From Callorhinchus milii (taxonomy: Eukaryota), in assembly GCF_018977255.1 (NCBI RefSeq), contig NW_024704749.1, positions 17,856,001 to 17,920,000 on the forward strand: DNA of 64,000 nucleotides, given 5' to 3'. The stretch's first letter is position 1. Each line of letters opens with the position of its first letter. This document shows, piece after piece, positions 21,666-32,969 of the stretch. Below the pieces are notes generated by a model. It worked only from the letters and a program-made list of their open reading frames with translations, was not told the DNA's origin and made no database searches. A program made the position numbers and the translations under genes.

Positions 21666-24600
21666 ACTAAATGTGTACACGAAAAGTGTGTGGCGAGTTT
21701 ACTTTTAACTTAGGGTGGGTGTCTGGCTAAGGTGATCCGTGTTTCTTTGAGCTTGTATTTTACTTCTTAGAAAAATGCATAGACCTCAAATTTACCTTGC
21801 CGCTGCTAGCATTTAAATGAGGCAGTTTTTTTATTGATATCTTGCTGTTTTGGAGAATGTGGGTACTTTGAATAAAGTCTCTTGCCTTGTCATTTTTCTG
21901 CTTTTCATTTAAGCAAATCAGTTGGACCAACCATAGTGTACACATGAGGGATAGGTGTGAGAGTATTTCCTTACCATTATGCAATTGGATTGGGAGATAG
22001 ATAGCAGTTTAATTTTAAACTTATCTGTAGTTTTGGCACCTGAATCCATTACTCTTGTGCAAAAAGATTGGATCTCTAGTGACTTTACACTTATGAACCT
22101 GATTGAGCATTAATCTGTTTGTTTGGTGAATTCTGGATTGATATCTATGTAAACTAGAACTGTTTAATCTAAATCAGTTGTAATGGAGGCAGGACTGATT
22201 TGGAAGTAATGACCTTGTTCTATTTTATGTGGCTTATCCAATTTCTGTGGAATCTGTGTAAGAAACCTCATGACTAATCAATGTCTATTCTATATACCAG
22301 CTGATATGATTGGCTATATGAAGGGAAAATTTGGGCTGTTTTGCCCTTTGTAAACTGGGTCTTGTGGCTTCTGGTTTTACATTTGAATGGCAAATGCTAT
22401 AAATCGCCACAGGGATACTGACTGCAAACTGAAAACATCCTGCGTGGTCCTATCCAGTTATTTTTGTGAGACTAAACTTGATAGTTCTTAGTATCCCAAA
22501 CATCATTCCCACAAGTGTTTGTGGAGTCCTCCCTCTGCATCTGACCCAACACTCTGCACCCTTGATTACAAGTTTATTTACACATGTAGTAGAAATATGG
22601 AACAAATGTAGAATTTGCTAGGACCATTTTAGTTAATTCTAGTTTTTTTTTTAAAAGGAGCACAGTTGTGGAACTACATGGGAGCCTCCGTGTGTCCATT
22701 GCCCCCATTCCCACCTCTTTAGGGCCAGTGTATTGTCCCAAAGAAAAGCTAGATGCAGTATTACTAGTGTATATGCCTTTCACCATTAGTCAACTGTATA
22801 AATTGTTTCCACAAAATGGCAGTTTTCTATATTAATACTGTATTGTTTCAGTAACTTTGCCCTCGTTTGAAATGCTGTTGGATTGTCTTAAGTTTTCATT
22901 GTACAATGTTTCCATGAATAACTTGATCCAATTTTATCCTAATTGACTGGATTCAAAATTGTATTAAGAATTCTCAGAATGTTTTTTTTTTCCCCATCAC
23001 AATGTTTTGTACTCTGTATTTCCCCCCCCACCCACTCCCCGACTTCAGCTGGATTGCAAAATCCATCTATTGGCAAAGTATTTCATTGACTTAACTCATT
23101 CCCACTTTTGACATTTGACTTCCCATTATTTTCAATGGGAATCTGCAGTTCGGCTGTCAAAAAATTATCTAAATTGTCACCAACTTATTTTATATAGTGA
23201 ATAAAGAAAACTGATTCACCTGAGTTTCACATATCAGTACAGCACAGTGGTATATTGTAACATGAATTCTTGTTCAGTATGTTGCACGAGTAATGTCCTA
23301 AACTGATTTGTATACGTTTTGCTAGTGCATCCCATCTCTACTCAATCTTTCTTTGTGAAGAAGCATGATTTTGTTTTACAATCAGTTTAGTGCTGCTGAA
23401 GGTGACGACGTGTCCCTCTGTGCTCAATGCTAACCCTTGGAGCAAGAGTTTATTTTCAATTTGCTTTAATTATGGAATTGCTTAAAATAATTGAACGCCT
23501 ACAGTTCCATGGACTTGCAGATATTGAACACCTGTAGCCAAAAATTAAGATGTTGACAAATTTGTCCACCACACAAATTATCAAATGGATCTGTTTTTTT
23601 TATTATTTCTTTGATGCAAATATTGGCTGGGGACGTAATGACATGTTCTGCTGTGAACAGGGTTGTCTATAGACCATATTTCAGAATGTTCTGAGATGTA
23701 GGTTTGTGCTCTTTTGCTAAGAGTGCTCTGGGGTATGTGAATTGCAGCCTAAGGTGTCCTGATTTTTACCTTGCATTTAAAACCGGTTCTCATCAACCTG
23801 TCCAACTTTGGTCTGTTATCTATAATAAAATTTGTATACCTGTTTTGCCACAGTGCTCGGTGTATTGTTATTACTGTTACCTGTGTGTTCTCAGTACACG
23901 TGCGAAATTGATTTCCATGTGCTGGACCGTTTAGTCCAGTTTAGGCAAATGAACACTTGTTGATAGTTGAAGAGTGCACTTGGGCTGCACATTGCCATTT
24001 ACGCTGACATTAGCTGACATTGGTACACCAGGTTGCAATCGTCCTTACTCCACATACTGTGATCAACGCACATTATCCGAGCGGGCACGTGGTATTCAAT
24101 TACTTGAACTGTGATGATTTGGTCAACCATTTAAATGATTTTGTGCTTTGTGAGCTTGACTTAATTATTGTAGTAATCATCACAAACTGTTAGTTTGCCT
24201 GGCATTTAGAACTGAAGAGTAATTAACATTGATAATGTGCTCATTATACCAATATACCTAAATAAACACTGATCAGATACTGTTAACTATAAAATATGGG
24301 GAAACCTCAATCAAAAAGTGGGGATATATCTTCAGTGTCTTTGTTGGATTGTAGGAATTCATTTCTGCTTGTAGATACCGCGGGGGAGTCTTGTTTTCAG
24401 GAAATCCAACTGCAGGAAAGGATTCTGCGCAAAATTTTAGTGCTGGTAGTTATTCCCTTGTGCTTGGCTTGCCCAAGATGGAATTATATGGAAAGCTCTA
24501 CTTAAGTGCTTCACTGCCCACAAATAGTTTTATTACATAAACCGCACGCTGGTCTGCTCAACTGTGGAGTGTGGAATATTGAACAGATGGGGCAACAATG

Positions 24601-26880
24601 GAGTCTGAAAGCTCAGCCTTCTGGTGGCTCAGCAGGTGGACAGCCGTGGAGAATAAAGAGGATCTTTGTGGAAGTGGTTGTAGAATTCCCAGCAAGCGGG
24701 AGAGAAATGGGAGGACATCAGACAAAGTAATAGGGATAGTTAATCCCTTGTGTAAAGCTCTGTTCATCCATCTGGGAAGGTGAAGATGAAGTGACCTTAT
24801 CTGAAGAGGCAAGTGCAAAGGTGTGTAGTGTTCAGTACTATCGCTATCCATTAACTGACCGAAGTTACGTGCATACGACTGCTCCACATCAGTATCAGGC
24901 TTGCTCCTTGACAGTTACTTCTGTGAAGCGCTTTGAGAAGTCTCAACGACGTGATAAGGCGCTATATCAAATGCAAGGATTATTATTGCCCAGTGGCTGC
25001 ATTGACCCAAACATGGTTGGTAGTCCTTTACAGATTCCCTCCTTGTTTTCTCTAAGATGATGAAGATCTGATGTGCTTGTGTGAGCTTTCCATCAGAAAT
25101 CCAATTAGAATGTGCTGTAGTATTCATCTTGCCATGAGGATATAGGCACTGACTTATGCAGCAGATGGTTGAGAGGCTCCAATAGTGTTGCTAAGCCTGG
25201 CAAAAAAACAGTATATTTAACTAGTAAAGTGGACCGCCCCAAGAAGGGTAATCGGCAGGAGGTCTCGTCTTCGGATTGAAGATCTGTAGGTGCAAGCTGT
25301 TAGTAGTGGGCGTAAGTGAATGAATCTCTTCATCACGGTGGTTTGTGCTTTTATCTGCCTCATTTCCTCTCACACTTATCTTCAACCCATCTCCTTGCAA
25401 GTTTTATTGCTGTACGTATTTCACTGTTTTTCCTGTGTGTCAATCTTTGCGCCCTTCTCTCTTTTTGCCACTCTGTTTGCACGTGCTTGTTCTTTTCTGG
25501 TCTAAACATCAGAGTGGAGTTCAGATATGCAGGAACCGTGCCTTGTGGCATGTGCATTTATCTCCCTTTTTTCGAATAGAGCCAAAGTATCTGACATCCA
25601 CTTGAACAGGACTGTTTCCAAGAAAAAAAAGGTTGTCAATGAAATTTAATTTTCACGATTTTTAGGCGTGAGTTATTGGGGGGGGGGGGGTTCTCAAAAA
25701 TTTCGGAATAGTAATTTTTGTAATGTGACCCAAGTTCTGAAATAGGCTACAGGTTGCTTAATTTACAAGTTATTAATCATTTTTTGTCGACAGAAGAGGG
25801 AGAGTAAAGTGGTTGTAGCCTTGGACTGAAATGATACTGCGACAAATTAGTCATACATAATGATAATGATCATCGTGCAACCAAACCCCAAACTGAAACC
25901 AAATGGCTTTCATAAATAAGCCCAACTGTCGTCCTCCTGGTGTGAATTTTACTTGCGAGTTGAAGAATATTGTTGTTTTCCAACCGGTGAGTTCAAACTG
26001 AGTGTAAACAGACACCAAAAAGCTGTGGTCGCACAGGGCCGAGCTCAATCCGAGCACCCAGTCCAGCTGTTGTTTGGTGGCCATTAAATAGCAAGAGGAA
26101 ATCTGACTAGTCACAATCAATGTGTTTGTATAAATATCAGTGTTGTAAAAAGTAGGAAAAATAGATTACTTAGCCAGTTTTCTTCTAAAGAAAAGGACCC
26201 ACCAAAATGGGTTGTACATCCAGATGTGGCCAATTCCCTCGATCACTATGCACTTGTTTGGCCTGAGAATTCCCACACATTATTTGATTACATTATCCGT
26301 TTTCCGGAGGAAGTGTTGCATTCAGAGAAAATTTCACACATTCCTTTTGAATTGGGTGATAAACAATTGACAGAAGTGGACATCTCAACGAGCCAGGCAC
26401 CATCTTTAAAAGAAAAATGTGGAACTGCATCCCATTCGGGATTGGTTCCAGTGACAGATGTTTGTGGCGAGATTGACAAACTAGGCTTGTGGAGCAGGCT
26501 GAGAATATTATTGTTCCAAATACTCCCTTACAATTCAGCTCCAGGTGTTAAAATTCAGTGTGATAATATGAGCACAATTATAGGCGACATTGAGCTTTAA
26601 GACGACATCCCTTTTTGCCCATCAATTTTGGTGAACCCTTTTCTCTCCTTACTGTATCAGGTGTCAGGCTGGCTCAGTTGGTAGCACTCTCACATCTGAG
26701 TCAGGAAGACTGTGTGTTCAAGCCCCAGAACGGGATTCTGAACTCACAAGTCCAGGTTGGCACTCCAGTACAATGCGTTGTTAAAAGAGGTGAGACTTTA
26801 ACTAGAGCTCCTATCTAACTATTCAGGTGGACGTTAAAAGATCCCAAAGAGAATGGAATCTCTCCCGGTGTCCCGGTCAA

Positions 26881-28102
26881 TGTTAGCTCTCGCAGGGCTG
26901 CTTAGAATCGATACGCTCAAGACTCGGGAGACCAATGGTTGTTCAACAGAGTTTATTAAGTTTCCGAATATACTTGAAAATATGTTCGCAGACGACTATC
27001 GTAATCATGATTACCCTGACTGGCTCGCAACAGTAATGTATGAGGAAATCATAGCATCCCGATCGCAAATACTATCTAAGAAAAGTATACTAATAATAAA
27101 ATCATATAAGATTAACACAGTGGGTACAAGACGGAAGGTGTGTCATGTGTGGATGCGTGAGTGCGTATCACTATACTACCTACCAGTAGTATATACCATC
27201 ACCTAGCAGCTGCTTTCGGCAGAGTCACGATGGGGTATTCCAGCAACGAGCCTTGGACCGGGCTGCAGGGTGCACTCTGTCGGTGCCCAGCTCTTGTAGG
27301 CAGGATCTCTCTCTCTCTCTCCCTCAGATACTTGGCTCACTCAGCTCCCCCTCTTGGAATGTGCGTGGTGCCTTTCTCTGGTAGGTCAAGTAATCGTCTT
27401 GACGGACGTTCTCAGCCTCCTCCTGCTCTCCCAAGTCACCCAGTGATCAGCTGGGCAGACTGCCTGCTCTCTGGTCTCTTGAGTTTTGACTCGGAGTCCG
27501 TGTGGTTCTCCCTCCTTCAGCCCTCCTGCTCGTCCTCCAAGGAGTCGTTCTCAATCTTGAGTCTCTGAGGTTTCGGTCGGAGAGGTTAGCCCTTCGCAAG
27601 GGTGACCACAGAGCTCCTCCCCTGTTCTCTTCTCGATCTGCTTCACTCAGTTTCTAAAAGTACTGACTCTTACAGTCACATCACCTTTGGACCGTTACCT
27701 TCTTCAGATCTACTCATCTTATTCTGCACATACTGTTCATTGCATCGGTACCCCTCAGTGATGGGTTCCCACGCATTCCTTTTCCCCCTCGTGACTCTTC
27801 TCCTGACTCCTAATCTCCTCGTCCCAGTCTCCCTGTCCTAGCCTTGAAACTTTTTTCTGACATGTTTCTTTGTTCTGGAAAATGTAACTTCGTCCAACTT
27901 CTTTGATAGCTCTAAGCCAGTTTGTACCAGCCTGCTGACCGCTAGGTTCAATTTACTGCTGACTTCAGGGGTTTCATAGGTCATTCAATTGCCCATTTTC
28001 CTTATTAAATAACAGCGAATACATTACCCATAATCGTATGACTCAACGCTTATATTCACGATTATAGATAACATAATCAACCATTACTAATCATTATTTA
28101 CA
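26881..28102 (-). mobile_element. Probable solo LTR nested in a DeuSINE
   Basis: A 1.22 kb segment with TG...CA ends splits a Deu-SINE, which resumes at 28103. Flanks TCAA / CCAA form an imperfect 4-bp TSD. Minus-strand AATAAA (TTTATT at 26952-26957) lies near the left end. Confidence 0.55.
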
Positions 28103-28510
28103 CCAACGACCACACAAATAAAGTTGGTCACTCACTTTGTGGCTGTTTGTGAGACACCATCACTGCAAATTTGGCTGACAGACATGTTTACTTATAAATA
28201 CACGCCCACTATTGGTGGAAAAAAAAGTTCAGGTCTTTAGAGGACCACAAAAGACATGTTGGGATACAAAATAATCACTGCTATATTATTAAATTTTGTA
28301 CAGCACTTGAACATTTTCCCTTGATGTGAAAGGTGTGATTACATGGATTATTTTATTATTGAACAGAGCCTGAATTGGGTTGACATTACAGTGTCAGTGG
28401 TAAGGTTAGGAACACTGGGACTTCAAAGTTGCAATATTTATATCAATTTAAATAATATAATTTGATGTGAAGTTATTGTTTGATATCAAACTTGCCCCAT
28501 TTTTCAGTCG

Positions 28511-28755
28511 TATAAATAGGATTAATCCATCCGCTGCTCAGCTGAATGTCTGCCAGTGTAAATCCGCCTGACTATATCTGAATACTTGAAACCTGGCCAG
28601 TGTGCACTGTTCATTGGGAACCATCACTTCAGGCATTTATATCTGGCTTCCAATCGTGAGACGAGAGTTGCTTTTCAATCAGACAAGTGGCCGAAGCCAA
28701 ACTTTCGGATTCCTCGATTGGTTCAGCAGCTGAATGCCAAAGACTGGACAGTAGG
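28511..28755 (+). promoter_or_regulatory. TATA box and probable non-coding first exon of the C1q-domain gene
   Basis: TATAAATA at 28511-28518; donor GG|GTGAG at 28756; pyrimidine-rich acceptor TTCTTCCAG ending at 28914, 22 nt before the ATG at 28937. Confidence 0.5.
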
Positions 28756-28936
28756 GTGAGAAATAGCTTTGACTGTTGAAGCAGTTAAAAGCTTAAAAAA
28801 GCCCCGACATACACAACTAGCAGTGATTCGTCAGAGAGACTCGTTGAAACATCAGTCGCACTGTGAAAGCTTTGGCGATACAAGTATTTTAAGAATATCC
28901 TCGTATTCTTCCAGCTTGAAGGGCACTCTTCTGAAC

Positions 28937-30384
28937 ATGGGTACCTTGTGCCTTCTGCCTCTGTTGCTGGTGTTTACTCGGGGTGAAGCAGAAACGGCAG
29001 ACTGTAAAGGGGGCTTTGATGCGCTGGGCATGCCTGGAAGCCCAGGTTACAATGGGATCCCGGGCAGGGATGGACGTGATGGAATTGTTGGAAAAGATGG
29101 AGAACAAGGTCCGAAAGGTGAGGATATAAAATTTCTTTTTCTTCCAGTTACACCGCAGATGATAATAATGAATAATAACAATCCTTGCGTTTGATTAATC
29201 GCATTTCACGTCGTCGAGAAGTCTTAAAAGCGCTTCGCAGGATATACTGTTAAAGGGTTCGCTGTACTTCGTGAGGAAATGCGTCAGCCGGTTTGCGCAC
29301 AGCAAACAAACAGCCGTGGAGTGAGTAAATTTCATTCGGGGGATTGCTTTTCCGCGCTTGGAAGGGACAAAATGCCACGAAAGGTTTATTGCGCGCAGGG
29401 TCTTACGAACAGAGTTTCACTGTCGGGGTTTTCAGCTCTCGGTCCAGCCTGGGGAATCATAAGAGTATTACAGCGCAGAAAGGGGCCAATCGGCCCAGTG
29501 CTGCGTCGTCAGAGGTGCCACCCCTCGGGCGAGATAACGGATTGATTGCCTGTGGGGGGCACCCAATCTGAGCCACAATACTATCCTCGTTCAATATCCA
29601 CACGTTGTACCTCCACCGGACGGCCACTAGATAGCAGTCAGGACTAGGGATCCTGGTTGGGTTTTTTTTGCCTTTCCCAAATCCATTGGAAAACCGGCAC
29701 CGATCGGAAGTGGCCATTCAGCCCACTCAGCCTGTTCTACAAGTCTGTCAGATTTTGGGTGGTTCTCTTAATCGCGGGATTGCTCAACGACAAGCGCTCC
29801 GAGATGAAGGGTACTCCGGGTGAAGGGCGCGATATAAACGCAAATTGTCGTCGTCGTCTTTACTTCCGAGCTCAGCTGCAATCTCTCTTTCCTCTCCACA
29901 TAAAGGTGCGAGGGGCGAAGCCGGGAGTGTGGGCATGATGGGACCTCCGGGGGCAAAAGGAGAAGCCGGTCCGGGGTGCACCTGCCCGCCGCAGTTGCGT
30001 TCTGCTTTCACCGTCCGAGTGAACTTCAAAGGCACGCCTCCTTTAAACAAACCCATCAGGTTTTCCAACTTAATTTACAACGAGCAGGACCACTACAATC
30101 CTCACACGGGGATATTTGTGTGTCGTATCCCCGGCGTGTACCACTTCGCATACCAGCTCCAACTGAATGGCAGGGGCGTCGTGGCACACCTGTATCACAA
30201 CAGCCGGACAGTGTTAAGAACCTCACAAAAGCTCAACAATTCTGACACAGCCATAACCTCCAGTGGTACCATTTTGCACCTGAGGATTGGGGATACGGTC
30301 TGGCTACAAGTCAACACCGAGCAAGACGGCATTTCCATTGGCAGCCTTTTCACCGGCTTCCTTCTGTATCCAGACTTTCCTTAA
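28937..30384 (+). CDS. Secreted C1q/TNF-family protein (signal peptide, 18 Gly-X-Y triplets, gC1q domain), adiponectin/CTRP/HP-like, 219 aa
   Basis: join(28937-29117,29906-30384) = 660 nt with a phase-1 GT-AG intron inside the collagen region. MGTLCLLPLLLVFTRGEA (signal) ... GMPGSPGYNGIPGRDGRDG...GPPGAKGEAGPG-CTCPPQLRSAFTV...PIRFSNLIYNEQDHYNPHTGIFVCRIPGVYHF...LHLRIGDTVWLQV...SLFTGFLLYPD. AATAAA at 30719-30724. Confidence 0.93.
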
Positions 30385-32337
30385 TAATAATAATAATAAT
30401 AATCCTTGCATTTGATATAGTGCCTCATCACATCCTCTTGACATCTCAAAAGGGTTTTGCATAATATACTATAAATTAAGATGAACCCCCTAAACGTTAA
30501 GTCACTCAGACCGTTTAAGAACCGCAGCTTTCATGCTAAATTCTCCCGTCATTTATATCGCACCTTTCATGTCGGGAGGAGATTTCTTTTAACAAAGATT
30601 CTGAAGAACGATTCATAACATGTCATTAGATGAATGCATTAACACAGTGCAATTATAGAAGCCTTTTCATATTTTAATCCTATTTTTATACAGGATTTTT
30701 AATTCATACTCCTATTTGAATAAAGCTCTGTGTCCTTACATCCTGCATTGGGTTATCTCTCTCGTTTGTTTTGCATTGATGCTCTTTTCTCTGCTGTACT
30801 TCCTCACCGGTGCTTTAGAGCTACTTCATATTCGCAGCAGTATAAAGATTTTCCGAGTATCCTCTTTGCCTCTAGATCAAAAGCTTGTGAGCCCAAACCA
30901 GTGGGTGGTCACCAACATATGGGGGACAGGCAATCACCAAATCATACCTTCCGTTGCTGCTGAGGCACAGCTTCACACCAGGACTTTGAGCTCACAGCTC
31001 AGACTGCTGCTCCGCTTCCATGCTGAAGATCCCATGGTGCTATTGGAAAAGCAAAGTGCGTTCCTCCCGGTGTTCTAACCAACAGCACCAGATAAAATCG
31101 ACCTTTCACTTATTCATGGCTGTTTGCAGGAGTTTCACTGTGTGTAAATTGACTGCCAGGTTTGCCTACACATCCAAGTCAGTGTGCTTAACAGCAATTC
31201 CCTGTGAAGCACTTTCCGAGACTTTTGGAGGTGATAAGGTGCTATATTAAATGCAAGGATTATTATTTATTCTGTCAATCTGGTCCAACCTAGTTCCCAC
31301 CAAAACAACCTTCCTAAAGTTGAGAGTGTGTTTAAAATCGCTCCATCGCCCTAAAATATAGCTCACACTGTGGGCTTTATTTCCATGGATATTCTCTTCT
31401 ATAGGAGTGGCGTTTCTGCTGCTGGGAACACTTATGTAGTTAATTAATAATCGTTGCATTTGAATACTAGCACCTTTCACGTCAAGATGATTCAAAGCGC
31501 TTCACAGGATGCACTGTAAAATGTAGTGACTATTTTGTAGCCGTACACATACAACTGGATCATTAGGACCTTTGATTAATGCAATTTGTCTCTCTGAATC
31601 GGATCCGAAGTACCTGCAAAATAAACAAGATAATAGTGTTAAACACAGCTCTAACGACACGAATATAGTACAGTAAAATACATGCTCCACACCACCACCC
31701 TGTGATGAGAGCCTCGTGTAACAGCCTGAAGATGGCATGGTCTGTATACAGTGGAGCTTTCTTTCATTAATTGTTTATAATCTACATTCTCCAACAACTA
31801 ACCGATCAGTACCTTTAACGATCAATGCCTGATACAATGCACGTTTCGGGTCGATGACCTTCGTACTGACGCAAGGTCATGGACCTGAGACGCTGACTCA
31901 CTCACGTCCTCTCTCCATAGATGCTGCCTGACCTGCTGATGTGTTCCCGGCCGCTTCTGGATTCACTTCACACGGTGAAGTGAATTGACCGTGCACTTTG
32001 GGGGCGAAAACACAGCAGCTAATTGCGCGCAGCAGCTTCCCATCCCACAATCAGCCATGGGTTGAGTGGCCACATTTTTGTTTAATTACACCAGAATTTG
32101 GGGGTGAAGTGGGTATTTTGGGGGCGAAGGAGATATTTAGAGTAAGGGGGGGTATTTTTTTTTGGGGGGGGGGTGAATGTGAGTGTTATTTTGGGGTGAG
32201 GCGGGTATTATGGTTTTCGCCTGCAAAATACGCAGTCAATTAATTCACTCGACGGGGTATCCCCCGAAGCGCTTTGAGACGTCTCAACGATGTGGTAAGG
32301 TGCTGTGTCAAATGCAAGGATTATTATTAATGATAAT

Positions 32338-32960
32338 GATTTGGGGAATATTTTGGGGGTGCAGGGGTATTATTTGGAGGGATTTGGGGTATTATTTGGA
32401 GGGATTTAGGGCTATTATTTAGGGTATTATTTGGAGGGATTTGGGGCTATTATTTGGGGTATTATTTGGAGGGATTTGGGGCTATTATTTGGGGTATTAT
32501 TTGGAGGGATTTGGGGCTATTATTCGGGGTATTATTTGGGATATTATTTGGAGGGATTTGGGGCTATTACTTGGGGTATTATTTAGGGGAAGTTGGGGGG
32601 GTATTATTTTAGGGGCATTATGTGGGGGTATTTGGGGCGCGGGGCCTGTGGGGGTGTTCGGGGTGTGGGCCTGTGGGGGTATTTTGGGGGTGTGGGGCTG
32701 TGGGGGTATTTGGGGGTGGGGCCTGTGGGGTATTTGGGGTGTGGGGCCTGTGGGGGTATTTGGGGGCGCGGGGCCTGTGGGGGTATTTGGGGGTGCGGGG
32801 CCTGTGGGGGTGTGGGGCCTGTGGGGGGTGTGGGGCCTGTGGGGGTGTTGGGGGTGTGGGGCCTGTGGGGGTATTTGGGGGTGTGGGGCCTGTGGGGGTG
32901 TTCGGGGTGTGGGGCTGTTCGGGGCCTGTGGGGGCCTGTGGGGGTGCGGGGCCTGTGGGG
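32338..32960 (+). repeat. G-rich minisatellites directly upstream of the COQ4 ATG
   Basis: A 35-bp unit TATTATTTGGAGGGATTTGGGGCTATTATTTGGGG (recurring at 32431/32466/32501) grades into GGGGCCTGTGGGGG-type units. Confidence 0.9.
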
Positions 32961-32969
32961 CAGACGGTG

